64,000 nt of DNA, from positions 9,473 to 73,472 of the forward strand of contig DGPL01000060.1 in the NCBI GenBank assembly GCA_002390425.1. The letters run 5' to 3'. The first letter of the stretch is position 1. Each line of letters begins with the position of its first letter. The position numbers were made by a program, and so were the translations under genes. The notes under the pieces are model-generated. The model did no database searches and was not told the origin of the DNA. It saw only the letters and a program-made list of their open reading frames with translations. This document shows, piece after piece, positions 9,505-19,464 of the stretch. The stretch comes from Kordiimonadaceae bacterium UBA4441 (GTDB lineage: Bacteria > Pseudomonadota > Alphaproteobacteria > Sphingomonadales > Emcibacteraceae).

Positions 9505-10572
9505 ATGCGCAATCACATTATGAAAACAATTTTTACTGTAATTATTATCACCGTTTTTCAATCATTATCGTTACGAGCGTACGCTGATACTTCTACCACC
9601 GTTAAACCAATAACAACCAATCCGTGGCAAGAAGTCGTCGTCAGCACTTATGATATCGATGAAGCTGCGCGCTTTTTTCTTGAGATCGCCGAATATGAGA
9701 TGATCTGGCGTGGTGAAGAAGATAAAGCATTTTTAAATCACTTAGGATTAGATAAGAATACCACCGCACAATCAATGGTATTAAAAGCAAAAGGCACAAA
9801 ATTTGGCTATATCCGATTGATTGAAATAAAAGGCCAAAAGCAAACCCCGATTAGGCCAGGTGCTCGTCCGTGGGATACTGGTTGCTATACAAGCATTATG
9901 ATGAGGGCCAGCAACCTAGAACAAATTTATGATGATGCAATTCGAATGAGTTGGTGGACAGAAACACCGGTAACAGATCTGGAATTTGGTCCTTCAAAAT
10001 TAAAGATTGTTATTTTTAAAGGGCCCCAAGGATTACAAATTGAAGCATATGAAAGACTTTCACCACCGCTTCCAGAAAGCTTTCCAAAATTTGACCGATT
10101 ATCTCTTCCGTTTAATATTATGCAAACAGTAAAAAACAGAGAAAACTCACGAAAATTCTTCATCGATATGCTTGGTTTTGATACCTTCTTTTACGGCAAT
10201 GAGCCGACGGTTGCTAAAGAAGCAGCACAAATGCCCTTGGGAATTCCTATTAATTTAACAACGACATCGCGATATCAAGCAGGAATTCTTTATCCTCAGA
10301 AAAGCGAAGTAGGAAGAGTGGAGCTGGTAGAGTTTATGGATCTGGAGGGAGAAGATTATGCAGCGAATTGCCATGCGCCGAACTTCGGCATTCTTTCTAT
10401 TAAATTTCCTGTTGCATCAGCCAAATTAGCAAAACAAGAATTAATAAACCGCGGACTTTCAGATAATCCTGAGATTTCAAAGATCACAATTGCTCCTTAC
10501 GGGGACATAAATATCTTTTCTATCAAGACACCTGACGGCGCTAATATTGAGTTTTATTCTATTGAAAAATAA
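9505..10572 (+). CDS. Exported two-domain VOC/glyoxalase-fold protein
   Basis: 355 aa. Sec signal (…SLSLRAYA|DT) and two VOC-like halves. The C-terminal half resembles ORF 1-576. Confidence 0.65.
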   Translation: MRNHIMKTIFTVIIITVFQSLSLRAYADTSTTVKPITTNPWQEVVVSTYDIDEAARFFLEIAEYEMIWRGEEDKAFLNHLGLDKNTTAQSMVLKAKGTKFGYIRLIEIKGQKQTPIRPGARPWDTGCYTSIMMRASNLEQIYDDAIRMSWWTETPVTDLEFGPSKLKIVIFKGPQGLQIEAYERLSPPLPESFPKFDRLSLPFNIMQTVKNRENSRKFFIDMLGFDTFFYGNEPTVAKEAAQMPLGIPINLTTTSRYQAGILYPQKSEVGRVELVEFMDLEGEDYAANCHAPNFGILSIKFPVASAKLAKQELINRGLSDNPEISKITIAPYGDINIFSIKTPDGANIEFYSIEK

Positions 10573-10573
10573 T

Positions 10574-11281
10574 TTAGTGACAATTACTCATGCATTCAAA
10601 CGGTTTAATATTTCCAATAAAAGCATTCATGAATAACAAGGCATAAACGGCCCAAACCCAAATTCTTGTCCGGTTCATAGTTTTTAAAAGAGGCACTTCT
10701 GTTTCATCAGATGATCCTTCCGATAATAACCTGCCTAGATGCCCCCCTACAGGCTTAAAAGTGACATCAATCATAATCGCAGCCGCAAAAATAAGCCCAA
10801 ACAAAAACGCCTTACTTGCAAGCCATGCCGGCATTAACGGCTCTCCTGTAACGAAAGAAGTAACGCCTAATCCTAAATAAAATATGGTGAGTAATATTTT
10901 AAGAACAAATTCAATTTTTCTATCCCGCGTCGCACGTGTTGTTTGATCATGAATATGCGCATCCCAAGCGAGCCATAACCAAAACCCGCCAATTATCCAA
11001 GCCAATAATAGCCACCAAGTCGTTAGTGCCCAATAATCACCGACAGCCAACATAGAAATTGTAATAGGCACCATAAGAGCCCAAGCTGAACGAGGCACCA
11101 TGTCCAAATTAACAAGTAATTGAAGCAATACCATTCTTTGTGAAAGATCATATTTTTCACGTTTGCGAAAATGTTGGCCCAACAAAAATACACCAACATC
11201 CGCACCAAGCCATAAAACGAAGAGCAATAAATGAATAAACACAAGAATTTGATAAGTGGAGGAATATAAGTTTTCTTCCAT
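10574..11281 (-). CDS. Polytopic membrane protein of unknown family (paralog of 4172-4864)
   Basis: 235 aa. Shares motif blocks and a KPF-containing C-terminus with 4172-4864. Lies directly downstream of an alpha/beta-hydrolase gene, as does its paralog. Confidence 0.6.
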   Translation of the reverse strand: MEENLYSSTYQILVFIHLLLFVLWLGADVGVFLLGQHFRKREKYDLSQRMVLLQLLVNLDMVPRSAWALMVPITISMLAVGDYWALTTWWLLLAWIIGGFWLWLAWDAHIHDQTTRATRDRKIEFVLKILLTIFYLGLGVTSFVTGEPLMPAWLASKAFLFGLIFAAAIMIDVTFKPVGGHLGRLLSEGSSDETEVPLLKTMNRTRIWVWAVYALLFMNAFIGNIKPFECMSNCH

Positions 11282-11316
11282 CGGTCACTCCTAAAATTTG
11301 CTAAATACCATAAGCT

Positions 11317-12954
11317 TTAATTAAACAATAAATCTACCCATAGAGAAGTATCCTCTGGCAATTCTATAGTTACATGTTGAGTTTTTAGAGAATGAGTAAC
11401 TTTCAATTTATCTGGGTAATTAGCACTATACGCCATTCGAATTGTTGATTTTGAGTTTTGAATTTTCTCATCCCACTTATAACTTGTTTTAATTAATTCG
11501 AGGTCTTTTTGAATATATACCGTTCTAAAAATATTTACCGCTTTTTCATGAAGATATGATGGATTAAGGTTTGGGTCGCTATGTAATATATTTTCACGGT
11601 TATGGATATTCCATGGATAATATAATTCACTATCTCGTGCCATCGCCCATATTGTTGGAATGTGTGAACCATCAATTTTCGGCAATATCTGATTATTGTC
11701 GAACTTCATGGAATCATTAATCGGAATGAGATCAAAAATACTTATATTTTCAACATTCAAAATGTCTGATAATTCAAACGCGACTATCGCCCCCGAACCA
11801 AAAGCAATTATATCAAATGCATCTATGTTTAATTCATTAAACATTTCCACTAACGGTTTTGTAAAATCATTAATTGATAAATTTTCTGTCAAAGGAGAAC
11901 TGTCCCCATGGCCAGGCAGATCAGCGATAAATATAGGGCGGTCTTTAAACTCAATTTTTGGTATAGTATTTATAGAAGCCCCTAAATCATGAATAATGAT
12001 AACAGGTTTCTTTTCAGTACGGTTATTATGGAGATAATTTACCGACACATCCTTACCGTTATAAACATATCGCCTTAATTTCTTTTTATCACTTTGAATA
12101 CTTACTTTTTCAGTCAGCGCAGGATTCTGAAGATATAATTCCTTTAACGCATCAAGCTGGACTTGATATCTTTCATCAAGAGTAGGCCCAGCATTTAAAA
12201 CTTGGAAATTATCAGCTAATCCTTTTTCAATAAGCGCATCAGTTGCACTAAGAAGAATACTACCTTGCCAACGCAATATTGTTGTAGGAACTTTTACATC
12301 AATTATATGCCCAACATGCTCAGTTTTTAACGCAGCCATATAAGCTTTTGCATAAGTTTCACCCGCACTTAGATATCGAAGAAAAATAGTATGAATGGCT
12401 TCTGCAGAAGGTAAATCAATATTAATTTTATCTTGTGCTTTTGAGCTATTCCATGGGAAAGAAACATAAAGATGGCGACACATATCCCAATAAGTAAGTA
12501 GATGACCACCATCTCGCTTTGCATCGACAAGCGGGAAATATCCATCCATCGTGTTCTCTATTTCCTCTTGTGTGAAATGGCCATTGGTATCCAGCATTAA
12601 TAGTAAAATACGGTCTGGAAACCTTTTTGCGAGCTCAATTCCAATTTGCCCACCGGTTGCAGATCCATATAAACAAAACTTATCTATTCCAAGATTGGTA
12701 ATAGCTTCCATTATTGGTCCGACATAATCACCAATTTCTGGAATTTCCACGTCAATATCATCTGATAGACCATATCCTGGCGTATCTAACGCGAAACATT
12801 GACAATATTCTGAGAACTTAGAAATAGCAGGAATAAGAGTTTCTGAATTTTGTGGCGACGGATGAAGCATCACCAAAGGAGCGCCCTTGCCCGCGGTGCG
12901 ATAATGAACTTGATTACCATTATTCAATGATACAAAAGCGCGCTTTATACTCAT
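11317..12954 (-). CDS. Tandem (two-domain) alpha/beta-hydrolase-fold protein
   Basis: 545 aa. The N-domain (LVMLHPSPQNS, LDTPGYGLS, LYGSATGG) resembles the 262-aa protein at 4950-5738. The C-domain has IIIHDLGAS, DLPGHGDS and IIAFGSGAIV. Confidence 0.7.
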   Translation of the reverse strand: MSIKRAFVSLNNGNQVHYRTAGKGAPLVMLHPSPQNSETLIPAISKFSEYCQCFALDTPGYGLSDDIDVEIPEIGDYVGPIMEAITNLGIDKFCLYGSATGGQIGIELAKRFPDRILLLMLDTNGHFTQEEIENTMDGYFPLVDAKRDGGHLLTYWDMCRHLYVSFPWNSSKAQDKINIDLPSAEAIHTIFLRYLSAGETYAKAYMAALKTEHVGHIIDVKVPTTILRWQGSILLSATDALIEKGLADNFQVLNAGPTLDERYQVQLDALKELYLQNPALTEKVSIQSDKKKLRRYVYNGKDVSVNYLHNNRTEKKPVIIIHDLGASINTIPKIEFKDRPIFIADLPGHGDSSPLTENLSINDFTKPLVEMFNELNIDAFDIIAFGSGAIVAFELSDILNVENISIFDLIPINDSMKFDNNQILPKIDGSHIPTIWAMARDSELYYPWNIHNRENILHSDPNLNPSYLHEKAVNIFRTVYIQKDLELIKTSYKWDEKIQNSKSTIRMAYSANYPDKLKVTHSLKTQHVTIELPEDTSLWVDLLFN

Positions 12955-13850
12955 TTAGCTATTAATCTTTCTATTTCATCATGGAGGGTAGCGTTAAATT
13001 GAACTGGCTTTTCCATCATGACGAAATGTCCCGTTTCCGGAATAATGATGACATTGTGATTGCCATGCACTTGCTCGAGTACCTCTATTTTCGTTGGGTC
13101 TTCTGGGGCATTTATAAGTGTGAGCGGAATATTAGCGATTTTACGAACTGCGCGCGGCGTATTATAACTTAAAAGCCCAGCGCCAGCGCTAAGGGCAATT
13201 TTTGGATCTGCTGACGCCATATCACTTAAAACTCTATTGACTAACAATGGTGAAGAAGTTTCAATGAAAAATGAATTTAGCACAAATGAAGCAATACTAT
13301 TCTTAAAATCATCCTTAAATGGAACCCAGGCATTTCTTGCTGCATCAAGTGACATCGGTTCAGCGCCCACATTTTTTAATGTATCAATACCGATAACCGC
13401 TTTTACACGGTCACCTAATTTGCTTGCTGCGTCAACAGCCACTGGACCACCCATGGAGTGACCTACTAAGATAATGTTTTCGCTATCTAATTGATCTAAT
13501 ACGCTTAAAACATCATCGCCGAAACTTTCAATGGTGTAATCTGTCCTCATCACATTTGATGCACCATGTCCACCAAGATCAATAGTCACGACATGATAGT
13601 TTTGGCTGAAAAAATCTAGTTGTTCGGACCAATAAGAACTATCGCATGACCACCCATGCACAAAAACAAGCGTTAAATCACCCTCCCCATAAGTTTGAAA
13701 AGCAATATTCTTATTCGTTTTCAGAAGAGTTTTTGCGTTTAATTTAATCAGCGGAAACAAAGCAACAGCGCTCGCCGTCACAAGTAGGCGCCTTCTCGTA
13801 AAAGAACCTAAGTGTTTATTTTGGTCGATATTAAAAAAATTAAATCCCAT
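12951..13850 (-). CDS. Exported alpha/beta hydrolase (Tat-type signal)
   Basis: 299 aa. Twin-arginine-like FTRRRLLVTASA, a canonical GHSMGG nucleophile elbow and a C-terminal GH. Overlaps the downstream gene by 4 nt. Confidence 0.8.
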   Translation of the reverse strand: MGFNFFNIDQNKHLGSFTRRRLLVTASAVALFPLIKLNAKTLLKTNKNIAFQTYGEGDLTLVFVHGWSCDSSYWSEQLDFFSQNYHVVTIDLGGHGASNVMRTDYTIESFGDDVLSVLDQLDSENIILVGHSMGGPVAVDAASKLGDRVKAVIGIDTLKNVGAEPMSLDAARNAWVPFKDDFKNSIASFVLNSFFIETSSPLLVNRVLSDMASADPKIALSAGAGLLSYNTPRAVRKIANIPLTLINAPEDPTKIEVLEQVHGNHNVIIIPETGHFVMMEKPVQFNATLHDEIERLIAK

Positions 13851-13937
13851 CTATACATTATTATCCATATGCAATCTAAAGTCAGTGATAAATGTCATAA
13901 AGTGAATTTCAAATTCAATTGTCTTTCAACGGCTTCA

Positions 13938-14318
13938 CTATTGAGACGTGACTGAATTAAGATATGCAATTAAAGCTTTTCTATCTCGCTCTTTCGGCAA
14001 ACCCACAAATGCCATTTTGGTATTCGGCATAAAATCAGTCGGTTTTGTGATGAATGTTTCAAGTGTGTCATGTGACCAAACTACATCCGCATTTGTCATG
14101 GCATCAGAATAAATAAATCCTTCTTTTGAGGCTATTTGGGAGCCAAATAAACCATATAAATTAGGGCCAACCTTATGAGCGCCACCCTGCTCAACTGAAT
14201 GGCAAGAACGGCACCTTAAGAACATTAGTTTACCGCGCTTAATTAGCGCTTGTTCATCTAATTCTTGTGAACTTGCGATTGAGAAGACCCCAAATGTAAG
14301 TGATAAAGCTGTAAGCAT
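13938..14318 (-). CDS. Class I c-type cytochrome (cytochrome c2/c550-like)
   Basis: 126 aa. Signal peptide, CRSCH heme-binding motif, GPNLYGLFG, and a distal Met in the PNTKMAF region. Confidence 0.85.
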   Translation of the reverse strand: MLTALSLTFGVFSIASSQELDEQALIKRGKLMFLRCRSCHSVEQGGAHKVGPNLYGLFGSQIASKEGFIYSDAMTNADVVWSHDTLETFITKPTDFMPNTKMAFVGLPKERDRKALIAYLNSVTSQ

Positions 14319-14608
14319 AAATATAAATAAGTCAACCCGAATGTATGAGTATGGCGTATGCTCTGTTTTGGGGTAAAGGTTTCATCCGTCGTTACTTGAT
14401 CTTCCGATATGAGCGGGTTTTTCGCTGTGATCTTATCATACCCGTAATTGAAACGAATTTTATCCTTTAACTCCACCGCAAACGTAGGGTTGGATAAAGA
14501 AAATAATAAGGCCAAAAGAAGGAGTTTAAATATTACTTTTTGAAGCTCTGAGAATATATTTCTCACACAATAGTTGTTAGGTGTAAAGTAAAATTTATGC
14601 ATCATCAA
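14258..14608 (-). CDS. Hypothetical exported protein (weak call; overlaps the cytochrome c start by 61 nt)
   Basis: ORF only, with a signal-like segment [17 protein letters not shown]. No recognisable family. The 3' part overlaps 13938-14318 in another frame. Confidence 0.2.
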   Translation of the reverse strand: MMMHKFYFTPNNYCVRNIFSELQKVIFKLLLLALLFSLSNPTFAVELKDKIRFNYGYDKITAKNPLISEDQVTTDETFTPKQSIRHTHTFGLTYLYLCLQLYHLHLGSSQSQVHKN

Positions 14609-14772
14609 AGCTTGAAAAATATTAAAATTAAATAATCTTGAGTTATGTAAAAAGTAAACAAATAGAAGTATTTATGATTATAAGTAAGACTATAAATGTC
14701 TTATTGAATAACAATGTTCAATTCAAGCAAAGATATTTGCAGAAATTTATTTCTTTTAATCTTTGGGGGAAA

Positions 14773-14849
14773 TGGTGGGCCTGGTAGGACTCGAACCTAC
14801 GACCGAACCGTTATGAGCGGTTTGCTCTAACCAACTGAGCTACAGGCCC
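14773..14849 (-). tRNA. tRNA with anticodon CAT (elongator Met or lysidine-modified Ile2; not initiator)
   Basis: The reverse complement GGGCCTGTAGCTCAGTTGGTTAGAGCAAACCGCTCATAACGGTTCGGTCGTAGGTTCGAGTCCTACCAGGCCCACCA folds as a cloverleaf. Anticodon loop is CTCATAA and CCA is encoded. The acceptor stem resembles Ile tRNAs. Confidence 0.9.
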
Positions 14850-14959
14850 CCTTCGCGATTTGGAAATGCTTACCTAGCAGATTATAAATTAATTGCCTAG
14901 AGAAGAAATTCATTGATCGCGATTTTTTTTAAGCCCGTCATATAAACGGGCTTAAAATA

Positions 14960-16978
14960 TTACTTATCCAAGAAACTACGAAGCTTTCGTGACCTGCTAG
15001 GATGTTTTAATTTACGAAGTGCTTTTGCTTCGATCTGCCTGATCCGTTCACGTGTTACAGAGAACTGCTGTCCGACTTCTTCTAACGTGTGGTCAGTATT
15101 CATACCAATACCAAATCGCATACGAAGAACCCGTTCTTCACGTGGTGTCAGGGACGCAAGAACACGCGTCGTCGTATCACGTAAGTTTGTCTGAATAGCA
15201 CTATCAACCGGAAGTATCGCATTTTTATCTTCAATGAAATCACCTAAATGACTGTCTTCTTCATCGCCGATAGGCGTTTCAAGCGAGATCGGCTCTTTGG
15301 CGATCTTCATAACTTTACGTACTTTTTCAAGTGGCATTGAAAGACGTGCGGCGAGTTCCTCTGGCGTTGCTTCACGGCCTATTTCATGCATCATCTGGCG
15401 ACCTGTACGCACCAACTTATTGATGGTTTCAATCATATGAACCGGTATACGAATTGTACGGGCTTGGTCCGCAATTGAACGCGTTATAGCCTGTCTAATC
15501 CACCATGTCGCATAAGTCGAAAATTTATATCCGCGACGGTATTCAAACTTATCCACCGCTTTCATCAAGCCAATATTACCTTCTTGGATAAGATCAAGGA
15601 ATTGAAGTCCACGGTTCGTGTATTTTTTCGCAATAGAAATTACGAGCCTAAGGTTCGCTTCAACCATTTCTTTTTTAGCGATACGCGCTTCTTTTTCACC
15701 TTTTTGAACTTTATTTACTATGACACGGAATTCAGAAACATTAAGACCTACGTCTCTTGCAATTTCCTTAACCTGATCGCGCATATTTTGGATAATATCT
15801 GCTTCGTTTGAAATGAAACTATCCCAGCCTTTGCCTTTTTCTTTGCCCATGGTTTTAACCCAATCAGGCTCGAGCTCACGTTCCCAGTAATTCTCAAGAT
15901 ACGATTTACGACTAACTTTATAACGTTCCGCAAGACGGAGCATTTTTCCTTCAAGTCCCATTAGGCGCTTACTTGAGGAATAAAGTTGCTCAAGTAATGC
16001 TTCAATCCGATTATTATTAAGACGAAGGTTATTTACCATTACAATGAGGTCATCGCTCAGTTTGCGGTAACGCTTTTCTTGCGCCGGTGTTAATTGGACG
16101 TTTCCAATATTTGATTCGTGACGCAAATCTTGAAGTTTGGAGAACTTTTTATAAATTTTACGAATTTCAGCAAATATCTCCATCACCCGAGGATGAAGCG
16201 CTTCTTCCATCGTAGCAAGTGACATTGTGACACCTTCATCATCGTCGTCGTCATCATCGTCATCATCGGCTGTTTCTTCTACACCTTCATCTGCTTCACT
16301 TTTATCTTCGTTATCATCCTTATTTTCAAGAGCATCTTTATCATCGCTGTCGGCAACGTCATCAGCCTCTTCATCCTTTGAATCCGCAGCAGGAACAGCA
16401 TCTGTTTCTTGTGTTGGATCATTCCCATACATTGCATCAAGGTCAATGACATCACGCAGCAGAATTTCTTCTTCTTCGAGCATTTCGCCCCAAGCAGCCA
16501 AAGCGTTAAATGTTAGCGGACTATCACAAAGTCCGGAAATCATCGTTTCACGACCGGCTTCAATACGTTTTGCAATTGCGATTTCACCTTCACGCGAAAG
16601 AAGCTCAACACTTCCCATTTCACGCAGATACATTCTCACAGGATCATCAGTTCTGTCAGCAGGCGCTTTTGTCTCAGGCTTAGTTTCCACGGCCTTTTTT
16701 GCAGCTGGCTTTGCATCTTCTTCAGAACCTTCACCAGCTTCATCCGCATCGGCATTATCAATAACGTTAATACCCATTTCCGATAACATCGTCATAACGT
16801 CTTCTATTTGCTCAGATGACATTTGATCTTGCGGCAGTGCTTCATTAAGAGCGTCATAGGTGATATATCCGCGCTTTTTAGCTGCGGCGATCATCTTTTT
16901 TACGGCATCTTGACTATCAACTACTGGTGCGTCTGCGACTTCTGTCGTCTTATCTGACTTCTTGGCTTTTTCCGCCAT
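14960..16978 (-). CDS. rpoD: RNA polymerase sigma-70 factor RpoD
   Basis: 672 aa. Regions 1.1-4.2 are recognisable ([54 protein letters not shown]). Contains a long acidic insert. Confidence 0.97.
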   Translation of the reverse strand: MAEKAKKSDKTTEVADAPVVDSQDAVKKMIAAAKKRGYITYDALNEALPQDQMSSEQIEDVMTMLSEMGINVIDNADADEAGEGSEEDAKPAAKKAVETKPETKAPADRTDDPVRMYLREMGSVELLSREGEIAIAKRIEAGRETMISGLCDSPLTFNALAAWGEMLEEEEILLRDVIDLDAMYGNDPTQETDAVPAADSKDEEADDVADSDDKDALENKDDNEDKSEADEGVEETADDDDDDDDDDEGVTMSLATMEEALHPRVMEIFAEIRKIYKKFSKLQDLRHESNIGNVQLTPAQEKRYRKLSDDLIVMVNNLRLNNNRIEALLEQLYSSSKRLMGLEGKMLRLAERYKVSRKSYLENYWERELEPDWVKTMGKEKGKGWDSFISNEADIIQNMRDQVKEIARDVGLNVSEFRVIVNKVQKGEKEARIAKKEMVEANLRLVISIAKKYTNRGLQFLDLIQEGNIGLMKAVDKFEYRRGYKFSTYATWWIRQAITRSIADQARTIRIPVHMIETINKLVRTGRQMMHEIGREATPEELAARLSMPLEKVRKVMKIAKEPISLETPIGDEEDSHLGDFIEDKNAILPVDSAIQTNLRDTTTRVLASLTPREERVLRMRFGIGMNTDHTLEEVGQQFSVTRERIRQIEAKALRKLKHPSRSRKLRSFLDK

Positions 16979-17038
16979 GTATAAACCTCAAATAATTTTA
17001 AACACTATAAAATTGTTAAGTTCAAAAAGATGTTCTCA

Positions 17039-18940
17039 TCAATCTGATACTTCAGTTAATTTTTTTAGGCTTGCTGAATGCTCTTCTTTCAGTGCTTGCA
17101 AGCGCGCATAATCTTCTTCATTTAAATCCTTTGAACCATATGAAGCAATCTCCTGCTCCAACTTTGCAAGTTGGAAAAGTTCAATAGAATGCTTCCATGT
17201 TTCTTCCGTTTCTTCACGAGAAGATTTTGACCCAGTAAAATTCTGGGCTGTCAACACGCCTTGCCTGAATATGATTTCTATAGCCTGGCCCAAACCTGCT
17301 TCTAACATTTGGTGTCTCAGGCGGTCTTTTTCAAGGTCCGAGTCGCGACTAGCTATACGTATGATTTCATTACGGACTTTGTCAAGCTCTTCCGATTCGA
17401 ATTCGAAGGTTGCAAACTGCTCTTCGTGCTGTTCTAAAAGCCAAGGATGCTCTAAAACCGTTAGTATGATTAGCCTTTCCCGATCTAACAATGAAGAATT
17501 ATTAGATTTACCTATTTTTGTTTTATTTAGGTTTCCAATGCTTTTTTCTTCTTTACCTCTAGAAAAGCCTCTTTTTTGATTAAAGCCTCTATCCCAGTTT
17601 TTCTGCTGATTCTCTCTATTTTGCTGATTGAAAGACTGATCATGCAAATTTATCTCTGGAACAAAGTCGCCGCCAAACAGGTTTTTTAATCGACGCCCAA
17701 AGTCATTTTCATAATACCCACGGATTTTTTGATCTTGAATATCATTCAAAACGCGGGCTATTTTTTGCTCCAGACCAGCCCTTTGTTCTGGTGTGTTATG
17801 GTCGCCCTTACTAATCAATTCTTCCCATAGCACCGATGCTAACGGCTTTCCTTCAGAAAGAAGATTTTCAAAGGCATTTGCCCCTTGCCCTGCTACATAA
17901 CTGTCAGGATCTTCTCCTTCAGGTAGATAGACAAACTTCAAAGAATGCCCTGGCTTTAAAAGCGGCAATGAACGATCAACCACACGAATGGCTGCACGCT
18001 GTCCTGCTTTATCTCCATCAAAACACATCATCGGTTCGGGGGTGAGCCGCCACATTTCTCTAATTTGATCTTCGGTGACCGCCGTACCGAGCGGGGCCAC
18101 CCCTTCAGGAAATCCGGCCTGCGCAAGACCAATGACATCCATGTAGCCTTCTGCAACTAAGAGCCGTCCCTTTTCAAAGGCTGCTTTTCTAGCGCCACTT
18201 AAGTTATAAAGTAATCGCCCTTTATGAAATAATGGTGTTTCTGGTGAATTTAGGTATTTTGCTTTTGCTTGTGATGAAAGTGCCCTTCCACCGAAAGCAA
18301 CAACTCGCCCTTGACGGTCCGTAATGGGGAACATAATGCGGTGACGAAAACGATCATAACTTTCAGCACCGTCATCTGGTTTAATTAGCATTCCCGCTTC
18401 AATAAGCATTTCTTCTGTAATTTCATCACGTGCAAGCATTGCTTCTTTAAGAGCATTTTTGCTATTTGGCGCAAATCCTAATCTAAATTTTTTGACCGTT
18501 TCTTTTGTAAGGCCCCTTTGTTTGATATATGAGCGGCCTTCTGCGCCGGCCTGCGCCACCAATTGACTTTCAAACCAATGCGTGACCGCTTCCATCACAT
18601 CATAAAGTGATTTTTTCACTTTCGCTTTTTTCTGATCATATGGGGTTTGTTTGGGAATTTCTAGACCTGCCTGTCCAGCAAGCCGCTCAACTGTCTCAGG
18701 GAAAGAAAGGCCCTCAGTCTCCAATGTAAAATTAATGACATCGCCATGTGCCCCACATCCAAAACAATGGTAAAAACCTTTTTCATCATTTACCGTAAAA
18801 GAAGGGGTTTTCTCATTATGGAATGGGCATAGGCCAGTATGCTCGCGTCCCTTACGTGTTAAGCGCACTTTTCGACCGACGACGTCGCTAACAGGCAGTC
18901 GATTTCTTATTTCTTCAAGAAAATCTGGCGTAAATCCCAT
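17039..18940 (-). CDS. dnaG: DNA primase DnaG
   Basis: 633 aa. Zinc-ribbon CPFHNEKTPSFTVNDEKGFYHCFGCGAHGD and a TOPRIM EGYMDVI motif. Confidence 0.95.
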   Translation of the reverse strand: MGFTPDFLEEIRNRLPVSDVVGRKVRLTRKGREHTGLCPFHNEKTPSFTVNDEKGFYHCFGCGAHGDVINFTLETEGLSFPETVERLAGQAGLEIPKQTPYDQKKAKVKKSLYDVMEAVTHWFESQLVAQAGAEGRSYIKQRGLTKETVKKFRLGFAPNSKNALKEAMLARDEITEEMLIEAGMLIKPDDGAESYDRFRHRIMFPITDRQGRVVAFGGRALSSQAKAKYLNSPETPLFHKGRLLYNLSGARKAAFEKGRLLVAEGYMDVIGLAQAGFPEGVAPLGTAVTEDQIREMWRLTPEPMMCFDGDKAGQRAAIRVVDRSLPLLKPGHSLKFVYLPEGEDPDSYVAGQGANAFENLLSEGKPLASVLWEELISKGDHNTPEQRAGLEQKIARVLNDIQDQKIRGYYENDFGRRLKNLFGGDFVPEINLHDQSFNQQNRENQQKNWDRGFNQKRGFSRGKEEKSIGNLNKTKIGKSNNSSLLDRERLIILTVLEHPWLLEQHEEQFATFEFESEELDKVRNEIIRIASRDSDLEKDRLRHQMLEAGLGQAIEIIFRQGVLTAQNFTGSKSSREETEETWKHSIELFQLAKLEQEIASYGSKDLNEEDYARLQALKEEHSASLKKLTEVSD

Positions 18941-19011
18941 AATGGTACTTTAAATTCTAATAAAATGAATATCTAACATTAAATTAGATAATGACGTGTT
19001 CCAGTCAAGCC

Positions 19012-19464
19012 TTATGATAATAAATCTTTAGTAAGCGCACTTGCTTTTGAAAAATCCATTTGGCCAGAATAATTACCCTTTAACATGGCCATAATCTTAC
19101 CGATATCTTTAAGTCCTGATGCTCCGGTTTCATCAATAGCTGCTTTAACCGCTGTCTCAACTTCTGCATCATCCAATTGACGTGGTAAAAACTCGCTAAT
19201 AATTTCGATCTCATCACTCTCTTGTTTAGCAAGTTCATCACGTCCAGCTTCCTGATAAGCTTTACAGCTTTCGTGACGTTGCTTAACCATTTTGGAGAGG
19301 ATTTCAATAATTTCCGGATCGCCTACTTTACTATCCGATTCGGTACGAACTGAGATGTCCCTGTCTTTAATCGCAGCCATGATTAAACGTATGGTACTCA
19401 AGCGACGCTTATCTTTTGACCGCATGGCCTCTTTCATCGCTGTATTAAATTTTTCACGCAACAT
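19012..19464 (-). CDS. GatB/YqeY domain protein
   Basis: 150 aa. LREKFNTAMKEAMRSKDKRRLSTIRLIMAAIKDRDI is the typical family N-terminus. Sits upstream of dnaG-rpoD on the same strand. Confidence 0.85.
   Translation of the reverse strand: MLREKFNTAMKEAMRSKDKRRLSTIRLIMAAIKDRDISVRTESDSKVGDPEIIEILSKMVKQRHESCKAYQEAGRDELAKQESDEIEIISEFLPRQLDDAEVETAVKAAIDETGASGLKDIGKIMAMLKGNYSGQMDFSKASALTKDLLS

Noticed and set aside
14258-14385. Possibility that ORF 14258-14608 and the cytochrome c gene are one frameshifted gene.
   Set aside because: Joining the frames would place the cytochrome signal peptide in the middle of the protein. The cytochrome ORF is complete on its own. The upstream ORF is kept only as a weak hypothetical.
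14921-14960. Hairpin AAGCCCGT-catataa-ACGGGCTT just after the rpoD stop, considered as an intrinsic terminator.
   Set aside because: In the rpoD (minus) direction the stem is followed by A8, not a U-tract. On the + strand the T8 run precedes the stem. It is therefore not a canonical terminator in either orientation, though it may still act as an RNA 3'-end stabiliser.
16227-16826. 199-aa Ser-rich ORF on the + strand.
   Set aside because: It is the antisense reading of the GAT/GAC/GAA-rich acidic region of rpoD. It is low complexity, has no start context and is fully embedded in a certain gene.
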